Shown here: positions 13,293-24,326 of the stretch, one piece after another
How the letters are laid out: each line of letters opens with the position of its first letter
How positions within the stretch are numbered: position 1 is the first letter of the stretch
Notes under the pieces: model-generated
The model's input: only the letters and a program-made list of their open reading frames with translations
Database searches by the model: none
Told to the model about the DNA's origin: nothing
Assembly: GCF_000143415.4 (NCBI RefSeq)
Contig: NW_003314263.1
Span: 3,730,451 to 3,794,450 of the forward strand
Reading direction: 5' to 3'
Length of the DNA stretch: 64,000 bases
Source: Selaginella moellendorffii
Lineage: Eukaryota; Plantae; Lycopodiophyta
Position numbers and translations under genes: made by a program

Positions 13293-13746
13293 CTAGCATC
13301 CGATGGAGAAGCATAGACTTTCTTTTTCCTCCTCATACATATGCTGGCAATCAGCAGACGTCCATGAAATTGTTCGAAACTCTCGCCAAATCCATTTCGA
13401 TAGGCTGCAGCAATACGCTCCTTCCTGTTCTTCCTCTGATAGTTTGGCTTGTGCTATACAGCCTTGGAAACAGTTGTAAGTATTAACTTCAGAGTCTACC
13501 GATGTCACAAACGTTTGGAATTGGAAGGTTATAGCTGTCAGGAAACAGCAAATGGAGCCATTCTGTTGCTTTGGCTGATTGATTTCCAGCTTCCACTTCC
13601 ATATCCGGGACTCCGATTGAAAGTTCAGGTAGAAGTCCCTTAGTCTCAGCACTGAGAAAATAAAAGTTGTTTTGGAGACCATAAACTGTTATCTGCACAA
13701 CATTCTCGCCATCCTGCCAGTAATAAGGCAGCTCTTCCTTCTTCAA
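13293..13746 (-). pseudogene. Unidentified coding-like relic (two overlapping frames suggest a frameshift)
   Basis: Protein-like 85-aa and 129-aa minus-strand ORFs that overlap; no family recognised. Confidence 0.3.
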
Positions 13747-15022
13747 AACTTAGGCTGTTCATGGTTTTCGGACATTGGTGAGAATCGTCACTACTTTGTT
13801 TAGGATGCCTGTGACTTTAATAAGCTTCGGCCTTAACGCGGCTTAACGCGGTGGTAGAAGCTTTCTTGAGCCACCCACCCTGTTTACTGTTCTTGACCGA
13901 AAACTAGCACTATAGTCATGCCCTGGGAAGTCCAGACCGAAATAGCAATTTCGTAACCGGTGTTGTCAACTTTGTACATTATAGCGCAGCCTCTCATGAA
14001 TGCGGGTGCCAAAATTTGGGGTGTCAACTCTCTCTGCTTCACCAGCATAAAGCTGTGCTAGCGGATTCAAGCCTTGTCAACCGGTGGCTCCCTGGAAAGA
14101 TGCGTCAAGAGTGTACAAAAAGGAAAAGGGGGAAAAGTCCCCATTTCTACCCTAGTTCCCCCTTATATACTGCGTTGGGAGCACAGCATTTCTGGGAAAC
14201 GTGATTCACAGGAATGTCCACTGTGATTGAGATAAGTTTCTTTCCTTTAAGCATGGTTATTCATTCAGTGTCCTGACACAGAGTTTCTTTGATCAAATCG
14301 CTACGCATTCTTCAATTGCATTATGGTGTTTTCAGCATGACATACCGAATTGAAACCAGAAGGAACTGACTTGGAGAAAATACCTCTCACACACTCCACA
14401 CGTCTGGATCGTTGTCGAGGCGGCTACTCCATAAGGAACAACGCAGCTGGAGAGAGATCCGTAGTCCGAGGAACAAGGTCCATGTTCACCACCTGGTATA
14501 TGGGTCTTTGCAACATTGATCCCAAGATGCTGGCCTTCCGAGAAGAATCATCCCATCTGCCTTGGTTGCATGTTGCTCACTATCTCCACACTAGTATCTA
14601 TAAGAGACTGCGACCCATCAAAAACAAAAAGCACCTACAGTTCCCCCTCTTCCGGCAGTACATGTTTTAAGTAGACTCCCACTTCTGGTTCCAGCAGCTT
14701 CTCGTTCCTTGAATCCAGTCGCTAATATCACCTACAGTTGTGCTTTTGATCATTTCAAGCCATTTCTTGTGCACGGCCTCCGCAACACTGGATGAATCCC
14801 TCTGTCTACGCATTGAATTTGCTCTACTTTTGAACTGTGTCAAAGAAAGTCAATAAAAAGTCAACATAGTCAATGGAACAAGAATGTAATCTCTTCACTG
14901 AAACAAAGTGTGAGACACAAAAGAGAGGTCTCATTGTGAAGAAAGATGGCCATGCCAAGAAGCTTTGGATGGGAATTGGGGCATTTTATTTCAAGAAGAA
15001 AGAGAGGAGAAGGAGAGGAGAT

Positions 15023-15220
15023 CTAGTGTCTGCTGGGCTGCTGGATCGCACTCCACTGGCTGTAGAAATCCAGCGCCTCCGCCGTGACAAAAGCCACGGC
15101 GCCCACAAACGGCACCAGATGCATGACTGTGCGTATGTTGCTCGTCTCCATAAACGTCACCAGATTAAACTCCCCAGACTTACTCTTGCTCAGCTTCACC
15201 TCCTCCGTCACCGTCGCCAT
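15023..15220 (-). CDS. Small (65 aa) single-pass membrane protein of unknown function
   Basis: ATG in good context (GGCATGGCG), GC3-rich codons, hydrophobic HLVPFVGAVAFVTAEAL; telo-box-like repeats upstream. Confidence 0.55.
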   Translation of the reverse strand: MATVTEEVKLSKSKSGEFNLVTFMETSNIRTVMHLVPFVGAVAFVTAEALDFYSQWSAIQQPSRH

Positions 15221-15285
15221 GCCCCGCGCCAAAATCCTTCTCGCGGCCGCTGATCCAGCGCCCGGCGCCATCGCTCGCGCGCAAG

Positions 15286-15390
15286 AACCCTAAAAGTCGA
15301 GCCCAAGAGGCCCTAAAACTCGACCCCAAGAACCCTAAAAGACCAAAACTTAATTTTCTTTTGCCCATTTTGGAGCTACCTAGGGTTTAT
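15286..15390. promoter_or_regulatory. Telo-box-like cluster (AACCCTAA / TAGGGTTT) in a short bidirectional promoter
   Basis: AACCCTAAAA at ~15286 and ~15331, GGCCCTAAAA at ~15309, TAGGGTTT at ~15381, between divergent genes 220 bp apart. Confidence 0.55.
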
Positions 15391-15440
15391 CGGACACTGT
15401 TTGATCGGATGAACCAGCGACGCTTGCTCGCTGCGCGCCG

Positions 15441-16735
15441 ATGATCCCAATCCGGCCGCTCTACAGCGCAGCGAATCTAGCAGCCGGCGGATGCGAATCG
15501 ATCCATCGCAGGGTCACATTTCTTCTCCAAGGTAAATCTCTCGATTCTCCTCTTGCCGCATTGCTCCAATCCGTGGCCTGGGGTCACAAAATTCCTCTTC
15601 TTTTCCTCTCCGCGCTGATTCCTCGTCTCCGCTAGCCCCGATTTGCAGGCGCCGGGATGTATTTTCCAAGATCCAGGCCCAATCTCATCGAGAGGAAGAC
15701 CAACACCTACACCGAATCCACTGGTAGCACCGCCGCGGAGGATCTCCCATCGCCGGATGCCAATGCCTTCATCGACACCAGTGGATTGAGCTCGGTGGAG
15801 AGCAAGGCCGCGTTCTTCGACGTAGATGGCACGGTTTGCAAGACGAATGTGGTGTTGGCGTATTTTAGCGCCCGTGTGGAGGAGCTGGCCGTGTGGGTGA
15901 GGCTTGTTTGGGTGCCTTACTTCATTCTTACCTGCGTTCTCTACCTCATCGTCGACTGGTTCCACAGGCCCACGTTTAACCGGATCTTCTACATGAGTTA
16001 CAGGGGCAGGACTGTGGAATCCAAGGCCGCGCTCGCCAAGATCATCTACACCAAGTACTACAAGCCCAGGTAAGAGTGGAAAGTTCTTTGGTTTGATCAC
16101 GGAAGTTGGAAGTTCACGAGAAGTTTGTTTCCTTTGGTTTGCAGGATTTTCAAGGACGCGGCCGCGATCATCAAGAGGTTGAAGGCCGAGGGATTTAAGA
16201 TCGTTCTCGTGACTGGCTCGTTGGATTTTTTGGTGGCTCCTCTAGCGGAAGATCTCGACGCAGGTATGGATGGTTTGAGTTGCTTGGCTCCCTCTAATCA
16301 CAGACCTTTGTTCTTTCTTTTCTTCCAGACCATGTTTACGCAGCGGAGATAATCGAAGAGAATGGCAGGTTGGTCACTTCTTTTTTTTTCCTGCGATCAA
16401 GCAAAGCCTCTAAGATTGTGATTGACAGGCTGACCGGGAAGCTAAAGGGAATGTACGCAAGCAATGACGAGAAAGCTCTCAGGGTCCAAGACTTCGCGCG
16501 GGAGCACGGGATGTCACTGAGCAATTGCCTCGGCTTTGGCGACAGCATAGCCGATCTCCCCATGCTAGAAATCGTGAGATGAAAAAACACACACTCTCGC
16601 TTCCTACTTACGCACCGCTTTTTCTCGCAGGTCGGAAGAGCTTACGTCGTCAATCCCGACGCTCGTCTCAGAGCGATCGCGCTGAGACGAGGCTGGCCCG
16701 TGATGCAGTGGATGTTGGCTCCAGCAAAGTTGTAG
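15441..16735 (+). CDS. HAD-superfamily subfamily IB hydrolase (SerB/PSP-like), probable N-terminal transit peptide
   Basis: Motif I AAFFDVDGT, motif II LVTGS, motif III K (NDEKA), motif IV GFGDSIADLPML, and VVNPDARL..IA...GWP; GT-AG introns. Confidence 0.88.
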
Positions 16736-17398
16736 CAGAGGAAACAAAAGGCGCCTAGAAACACCGTTATTTCATGACAAAAGTGAGAGACAACAGAGTT
16801 TCTCAAAGACAAGAATAAAGTTCCTGGAAGGTCCAAAAAGATATCCTCCCTCGCGAAGAGAAAAAGGAGACAGGTACCTCACACACACCAGCGTACGCAA
16901 GAGTTTTATGACAGTGTTCCTAGAAAAAGAGACGGCCAGGTCCTTTCCTTCCTCAGAGCTGCTGCTTCCTTGTTTCATTTTTTTGGGTGTTTTTTTCAGC
17001 ACAATCTGTAAGACAACTCTAGTCAGTGACAATGAGCAAAGAAAGACATTTGGAAGAGAAGCATTCAGGATATAGAACCGGAAAGAAAGGAGTGACTTCG
17101 AGAAATCGAGCTAGAAAAGTCGAGCTTTAAAAAAGATGGCGATTGAGAAGAAAAAGGCGAACAGTCGTGAAGAGAAAACTCCACAAGATGAAGATGGCGA
17201 TGGAGATAAAGAAAACAAAAGAACTATCAACTAGGAAACTGGAGCTCTATTGACGAAGATGGCGATTGAGTAGACGAATGAGAAGCAAAGAAAGCAAAGA
17301 ACCAAGGGCTGGAGGAACTCGTGAAGAGGGAACTCTGCCAAGAGAAGAGAAAAGAACTCACCAGGGCGAACTGGATGAATCGAGGAGGAGCTAGAAGA

Positions 17399-17704
17399 TC
17401 AATGGCCGCCTTTGCTGCCACCGCCACCGCCCTCCCGGAGCTTGCGAAGGCGCTCCTCCTCTTCATGCTGGTAGTGGCGAATCTCAGTGGGATAGGCAAC
17501 AATGTAGGCAAAGATGGTGCCGCCGATGAGGAAGTGATAGACGGGCGTGAAGCTGCTCGTCTGGATGTACTTGTCGTAGTACTCGTCCATGAGCGTGCGC
17601 GACGCCTTTTTGATGTTGGCGGGCGTCACATTCTCCTTGACATAGCCGGGCACGTCCTTTACCTTCATCGAGGACATCTGGCGCAGCCATTGCCGCGCCG
17701 CCAT
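17399..17704 (-). CDS. ATP17: Mitochondrial ATP synthase subunit f (plant ATP17 family)
   Basis: MKVKDVP.YVK, Y.DKYIQTSS..P..H and Y.VA.P.E.RH match the plant subunit f family; 101 aa, one TM helix. Confidence 0.85.
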   Translation of the reverse strand: MAARQWLRQMSSMKVKDVPGYVKENVTPANIKKASRTLMDEYYDKYIQTSSFTPVYHFLIGGTIFAYIVAYPTEIRHYQHEEEERLRKLREGGGGGSKGGH

Positions 17705-18176
17705 GCCGCCACGCGCGAGGACGCTGCTGCTGCTGCTCAGGCGGCGAGCGAGCGAGGAGGAGGCCGCCGTCGTCGCCGTCGTGGCGGATTGGATGGCTTC
17801 TTGGAGCTTGAGGATTCCTGCCTGGGAGAGATCGATCGATCGAAGCCCCGCGACCTATAATCCCTATCCCCTGGAGCCCTAATGGTATTTGCATAGGATA
17901 TTCGTTCCTGGTATATGCTGGGCTCGATTCCCCTCGAAAATTAATTTTAAAAAGGCCAAAAGGTTCAAAAGTACCGTGTTTTACGTTACCAGCAAAGTAA
18001 ATTCTAATGATATAATCATAGTTCTACAATGTGATAAAGGATCGTAGCAACCGCACGTTTTGAAAATATTAAAATGTAAAATTGGCTAGTTAGTTTTAAA
18101 AAGTAGAAGTTACAAAAAAACAGAATAACGCAATGAATAGGCACTTTTTAGATATAAAAAGAAGAGAAAAGAGGCA

Positions 18177-18248
18177 TGCGTTAGCCGGGAGTCGAACCCG
18201 GGTCTATTGCTTGGAAGGCAATTATCCTGACCGTTGGACTACTAACGC
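18177..18248 (-). tRNA. trnG-UCC: tRNA-Gly (anticodon TCC)
   Basis: GCGTTAG...CTAACGC acceptor stem, ATTGC-CTTCCAA-GCAAT anticodon arm, GGTTCGACTCC B-box, downstream T-runs. Confidence 0.97.
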
Positions 18249-18399
18249 AACTCTGTCTAACACAAACCACACGCTCTTCTCTCCATTTCGTTTTTAGTTC
18301 CGCCACCAAACGTTGATTCGATCGCCATGGATTTGTCGCTGTCGCCTTTATCAGGCACCACCAAACAAGCCTTGATCAGCTTCCCGGTAAAGAAAAGCA

Positions 18400-20545
18400 A
18401 TGCGCTCTCCTCCCAAATATTCTTCTTCTTCTTCTATACCTTGTCCACAACTTTGCTCGATAATTCCTTCACTACTTTGCTTGATCGTTGCGAGCATCAC
18501 CATCATCGCCACTGCCACAGCAAAAGCACCATCAATCTGCTCGCAAAGATGTGGAGAAATCCTCGTACCTTCGCCGCTCAGCTCGCTTCCTGGATGCGGT
18601 CACCCCCAGCTCCAGCTCGAGTGTAGCAGCTCCAAGCAGCACCACCAAGAGCACTTCGCTCTCCTCCTCCACACCGACACCGAGAGCTTCCGTGTCCTCC
18701 AAGTCACTGCCACGACTCTGGTGATCGACGCGACCAGCCTCAAGGCCACGTCTTGCAACGGGAGCGAGGCCACCGCGAGCTTGGGCTTGAAGCCAACGTC
18801 TCCATACTTCCTCTCCGGGAACAACGAGTTCTTCCTCACCGGTTGCAATGCCGGGGGCAACTACTCCACGGATCTCTACCCGACTGCGTCCAGGTGCCAG
18901 ACCGGTTGTCCCAACTCCGGCAATCGCACCGCTAGCGCCCGCTATCCGTTTTGCACGCTTGAAGACTGCTGCGTCACCACGATTCCGGCTGGAGCTCGGA
19001 GTGTTGTTTTGACGAGCTGTGCTCCAAGGTCTTGCGGCTTCTCCAGCGTGATCTTCCCAAAGAGTTACGTGCCGAGTGACTCGAGCTATGGCGTTGAGTT
19101 GATGTGGGAGGTACCTGGGAGCACCTGCACTTCGGTCGATGATATAAATCTCTGTTCTACAAACGCTAACTGCGTAAACGCGAGCAACGTACCGGGTTAC
19201 AACTGCTTGTGCAAGGATGGATTTGCTGGTGACGGATACCGCAATGGAAGTGGCTGTTTGCGTAAGTCTATCCAGATTTGACGAGGATGCATACTCAGTT
19301 CAGTTTGTTGTTTTCCTTGGTTTTAGCTGTTGATCACTGTAGCCCCGGATCGTGTGCACCAAACGCTCGCTGTATCAACGAAGGAACATCATTTCGTTGC
19401 AAGTGTTTGGCGGGGTATAAAGGAAACGGTACCTTGACTGGTGGCTGCGCGATAAAGCGATACATTATTCTTCTTCCTGGTGAGCTACTTAAAGAGAAAA
19501 GCTTGCTTCTTAAACGTGTCTTCCACGTTGATCATCAGCTATAGGCGCACCAGCTCTTCTCGTTTTTGGATTTTTCCTCTGGAAGTTCCGGCCGAAATTG
19601 TCCGCACTGCCAGGCACTAGAAACTTGAAACATCTTCAGGCCAGTTTCAAAGAAAACTCAAGGATCTTTACCTGGGCAGAGATGGAGAGAGCCACCAAGT
19701 GCTTCAGAAGCGACCTCAAGTTAGGCACTGGCAGCTTTGGCACAGTCTACAAGGGTAAACTGGACGACGGCACCACGGTGGCTATCAAGAAAGCCAACAA
19801 CGGCAATGCCCCTCGCATTCAACAGTTTCTGAACGAGGTTACTATCCTCTCGAAAGTGAACCACAGAAATCTCGTCAAGATGCTGGGATGTTGCATAGAA
19901 AGAGAAGTACCTCTCTTGGTCTACGAGTTCGTGCCAAGAGGAACACTGTACGAGCATCTGCACAGACGAGGAGATACGTTATCCTGGAAAAACCGTTTAA
20001 GAATTGCGACGGAGACAGCGGAGGCTCTTACGTACCTTCACTTTGCAGCTTCTCCGCCGATATATCACCGGGACGTCAAATCCTCGAACATCTTGTTGGA
20101 CGAAAAGCTCACGGCCAAAGTAGCGGACTTTGGGATTTCCAAGCTGGTACCCATAGATTCCACTCACATTTCCACAACTCTGCATGGAACACCGGGTTAC
20201 ATAGATCCACAGTACCAGCAAAGCTATCAGCTTACAGATAAGAGCGACGTTTACAGCTTTGGAGTAGTCATCTTGGAGGTAATAACAGGTCAGATGCCTG
20301 TAGACTTCTCTCGCTGTGCTTCAGATAAAAACCTGTCCACATTTGCAATGAGCGTCATACAAAGAGGAGCCATCAGCGAGTTGATCGACAAGAGGTTGGA
20401 TGCTAGAACTCCAGAAATGCTGGAATGCGTTGCAAAAGTTGCAAACTTGGCAGCTTTGTGCTTACAGTTCGACGGAAGTAGCAGGCCGACAATGAAGTTT
20501 GTTCTTGAAGAGCTTAAAAAGGCAATGCAACCCCTTATGGAGTAA
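18400..20545 (+). CDS. WAK: Wall-associated kinase (GUB_WAK + 2 EGF + TM + RD kinase)
   Basis: Signal peptide, CSQRCG..VP.P...GCG, EGF C-x-C..GF.GDG, GTGSFGTVYKG, HRDVKSSN, DFG, GTPGYIDP; 3 exons. Confidence 0.95.
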
Positions 20546-20646
20546 GAAGTTTCTAACAAACTTTTGCAATATTCTTTGACAACTGCAAGAGAAAACTTGA
20601 GACTCCAAGAAAATAATGTCTTTGAAAGTTTTTACCTCTACTGTTT

Positions 20647-22423
20647 TCAACTGCCGAAATTGAATCGAAAATCACCGCCAGAAGTTACACTCTCCCAAAC
20701 AGACCGCTTCTTTTGAGATTCCTGAGCTCTTTTCTCGTTCCGGAGTTGTTCCAATGACCCGGGATGAAGCTCCTCGTACCTGGATTTGAACTTGTCGTAT
20801 AAGTTAACGCGATCTTTTGTTCCTGAGACCAAATCCTGGGAATTTGGCTTGTTAAGGAAATCCAGAACATTCAGGATGTTGCTCCTAGCAAAAATGACAT
20901 GTTAGCCATCAGCGACGTCGAATACACCAGAAATACCTGCTAACGTAGTTCTGCGTGATGGCGATCGAGTCTTCCAGATTTATAACAATGTGCCACCAGC
21001 CGTTTGGTATGAAAACGACTTCGCCTGCTTTGCAAACGCACTCCACCGGTTTATGCTTGCCCCGCTTTGTCTCGTGATAGAAGTTCATAAACCATTCCGT
21101 GATGGACACCGGAGTTGCTACGTCCACTCCATCCGGGCTGGGATGAACACCAGGAGGAACAGCACCCGGAGGATACAGGATCCACTTCTTGGAACCTTTG
21201 ACCACTGCGTTCCAAGCCGAAGTGCTGTTAGGATCAATATGAAACGAGGAGCCAGACCTTGCAGGCCCGAGTATAAGCCACCGATAGTCGGGCCTTTCCT
21301 TCCCCAGTATCGAGAAAAGGTCCTCCCTGAAGTACACAGGAACTTCATAGTCGGCAGCCAGCTGCGGAACTTTCTCCCCGAACTTTGGATCAAACAAGTA
21401 GAGAGGTCGCTCCTCTTTCACGGACTTCGCATAGACGAAATAGTTGCTGAGCGTCATGTCAGCTGGACCAGCAGCAAAGTCTACGTCCCCACACAGATCG
21501 AGTAAATAGTCCTGGTTCCATCGTTTCAGCGCAGGCCAGTTGTTGATAGCATCGGTGAGAAGAACTGGTTTGTTCAGCCTCTCGAAATCGCGTACAAAGT
21601 CATCGACTGAAAGGTGGCTTCTGCGCTCGATGTTGTCCCTGGAAATCCACTCGTCTTTGATCTCCACACTGGCACAAAGCCAGCTCTGGAACAAGTAGTC
21701 CGAATAGAAGTCTTCCACCTAGAAGAACATTACGAGAACCTTAGAACGATGCCAAGAAAGCAGTCATTTAAAGTAGTAGTACCTTGACAGGAGAGAAATC
21801 CTCTTTCTGGCAAAGAAAAGAAACACAAACTATCAAAACTTTCTTCCAAGGACAAAGCCCCAAAGAACACCTTACCTTTGTACAAGCCGATCGAGAAGAG
21901 AAATCCTCTTCCTGAATGGAAAGAAACAAAAACTATCAAAACCTTCTTCCACGAACAAAGTTCTCAAAGAACACCTTACCTTTGTCCAAGCCGATCGAGC
22001 TGAGACGTAAGTCTTTCTCCAGCTCCCTTGGAACAAAAATCCTCCTTTCAGCTCCGCGAGGACCAGATTCCGCCACAGCGCTTCCTGGTGGCTGAAAACA
22101 TAGAATGCCTTGCTCGAGACGCCCGACCGCGCCAGATCCTTGGCATCCAGCAGCGCCAAAATATCACTGACGATCTCATCGCTGAGACGCTGGAGACTCC
22201 CAAGCCCTGGATCACGAATATTTTGCTTGCCCGTGAAGAGGAGATTCCCCAGCGGCTGGACGGCGCAGTGCCTGGATGCGAATGCGAGCCCGAATTCCAC
22301 ACCAGGGCTCTCCACCCCGCGATCCTCCGATTCATCACTAGAATGCGGTGCTGCTACACGAACCTTGGCATCCTTCTTCTTCCTCGTCTTCTTCTTGCCG
22401 CCTCTCTTACGTTTGCCTTCCAT
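20647..22423 (-). CDS. JMJ22: F-box + JmjC domain protein (JMJD6-like, JMJ22 family)
   Basis: VQPLGNLLF, F-box (LSDEIVSDILALLD), DFYSDYLFQSWLC, SSFHIDPN.TSAWN (HxD), WWHIVINL, TQNYVS. Confidence 0.93.
21791..21999. repeat. Two ~105-bp tandem copies of exon-end/intron/exon-start inside JMJ22
   Basis: 21791-21893 and 21894-21999 share GAGAAATCCTCTT, ACTATCAAAAC.TTCTTCCA and CAAAGAACACCTTACCTTTGT.CAAGCCGATCGAG. Confidence 0.9.
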
Positions 22424-22648
22424 GCGATAGGGCTCGCTAGGGCTGTTGATGGGAGAATAAAAGTCAATGAAAGTCAATGTAAAGTCAAACTGTGCTGACT
22501 TAGTAAAATTCAAATACAAGACTATGATAGCTTGCAGTGGCTACACCTCCTCCTTAATTACGTGCCAAATTTACACCACCTTTATTAGTATATAACTCAA
22601 GCAAGAGGGCTAGAATCTAGATTTCCAATCATCTATGAGATCACTCCT

Positions 22649-23095
22649 CTATTCTACTTGGATTGTTCTTGGCTGTGGCTTGGGGATCTTTGGCACTGTG
22701 ACGGTAAGCACGCCATTCTCCACTTGGGCTTTGATCGCATCCACATTGGCGCTCTCGGGCAGGCGGAATTTCCTCAAGAAGCTCCCATAGCTGCGCTCCA
22801 CGCGGTGCCACTTATCGCTCTTCTGTGTCTCGTGCTTCTTCCTGTCGCCACTGATCTGGAGAGTGCGGCCATCCTCCACGCTGATCTTCACCTCCTCCTT
22901 GCTCAGCCCCGGGAGATCGGCCTTGAAGACGTGCGCTTCGGGCGTCTCAAGCCAATCCACGCGAGTGTTAGCGACGGCGCTTGCATCCCTGGCCATCTGC
23001 TTCGACGGCTGGTTGCCACCAGCTAAGATCGATGAGAGCTCCTCAAAGGGATCCAAGATGCTGCTGCCATTCCCGCGATAGAAATGCAAAGCCAT
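22649..23095 (-). CDS. Class I cytosolic small heat shock protein (HSP17/18), intronless
   Basis: [51 protein letters not shown]. Confidence 0.97.
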   Translation of the reverse strand: MALHFYRGNGSSILDPFEELSSILAGGNQPSKQMARDASAVANTRVDWLETPEAHVFKADLPGLSKEEVKISVEDGRTLQISGDRKKHETQKSDKWHRVERSYGSFLRKFRLPESANVDAIKAQVENGVLTVTVPKIPKPQPRTIQVE

Positions 23096-23167
23096 GTCTA
23101 GAACTTAGAAAAAAGATGAGATCTAATAAACTTTTGATCGATGCTGGGGCCAAGAGATTGCTCCACT

Positions 23168-23232
23168 TTTATACAGAGCCATGAACATTCGAGAATATTC
23201 TAGAATGGTGATATTCCAGAAGATTCTAGAGC
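23168..23232 (-). promoter_or_regulatory. TATA box plus heat shock elements of the sHSP
   Basis: TATAAAA on the minus strand at ~23167-23173; GAAcaTTCgaGAAtaTTCtaGAA (23183-23205) and TTCcaGAAgaTTCtaGA (~23214-23230) are alternating nGAAn arrays. Confidence 0.9.
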
Positions 23233-23392
23233 ATTTGGTTAGCCAAGATTCTATATCAATTTAAACTAACCATCTGGCAGATGTGATCAAATCGCAAGTC
23301 TGAGCTCAGCTCCTGCCAGGACTTTATTTGACAGTTTGAAGATATATCGTTCAGATAGAACAACGAGATCTCGAATGGGCAAGTCTTGGTTC

Positions 23393-23815
23393 CTAAATTT
23401 TCATCAAGAGCTGCAGGCTTGCTTGATCGAAGCTTGACACTCTTCCATCATACATCCCAGTGACTACTTCAATGATCATTCGAGAGGAAAAGTTCAGTGC
23501 TTCCAATAACTCGAGAATCCCGGCGCTGAATTGTTGTTTGGAGGAAAGACGTTCGAGAAGGATGGAGGCTTGCCAACCCTGTGAGTTGATCACACATCAA
23601 TTCCAGCTTGTACGACAATAGTCGAGCGGAATAGTCAGGATACAACACTCGTCAGAGCGAAGAAATTTATCACCACAATACGAGTTGTGGTCCAGTACCA
23701 AGCCTGCCGAGCAAGTGCTCAAGGTGAAGATCCTGGTTTTCTTTGGAAGGGAGAGCGTGAATTCTTGGCTTTTGGGTGAGATGAGAAACTTGCCATAGAC
23801 GTCGCTGCACCGCTA
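23393..23815 (-). pseudogene. Degenerate WAK fragment
   Basis: Translates to ...NSYCGDKFLRSDECCILTIP...; CGGAATAGTCAGGAT.CA.CACTC at ~23626-23650 matches the WAK at ~25864-25887; kinase-like IIEVVTG further downstream. Confidence 0.55.
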
Positions 23816-24326
23816 GACTGTATTAACTTAGCATTGACCGTGTTGACTCTCCATTTGACGAAAGAAAAGCTGGGATACTTTGTGGCCCTATAGATCAGGC
23901 GAGAATTGGGCTGTCCGATGCTGGAGGGGGATTACAAAATTGTCTGAATCCTGCTTGTTGTTTGTCCTTGTGACCATAGAGACCAGCTCTAGAACCATAA
24001 AGTGGTTAGATTTTTTAGTAATTTCACTTTAATGATCAGTTTATCCCTTTAAAATAAATCTAATAAAATAAAAGTGGTGACACTGTTCTTTCATTATTAT
24101 TGGAGTTGCTTTTGGAACTTGCAACATTCAAAGAAAATAACAGAAGAAAAAATAACACTTGCTTTTATTCCCTTCCATCCCATTAACTTTTCTTTGAACT
24201 GATCTAAATTAATACAAATGAGAGCCAATAAACCTGAACATTCATTGCATATTCTTGTTGAAGAACCCTAAAAAAGTTTGATCTTTGTTTGGCATTTCAA
24301 ATGGGCAGAGCGATTGATCGCGGCAA

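Noticed and set aside
17321-17860. Long antisense ORFs (also 15477-16100, 36497-36958, 42817-43479, 20990-21505)
   Set aside because: Shadows of GC3-rich genes on the opposite strand.
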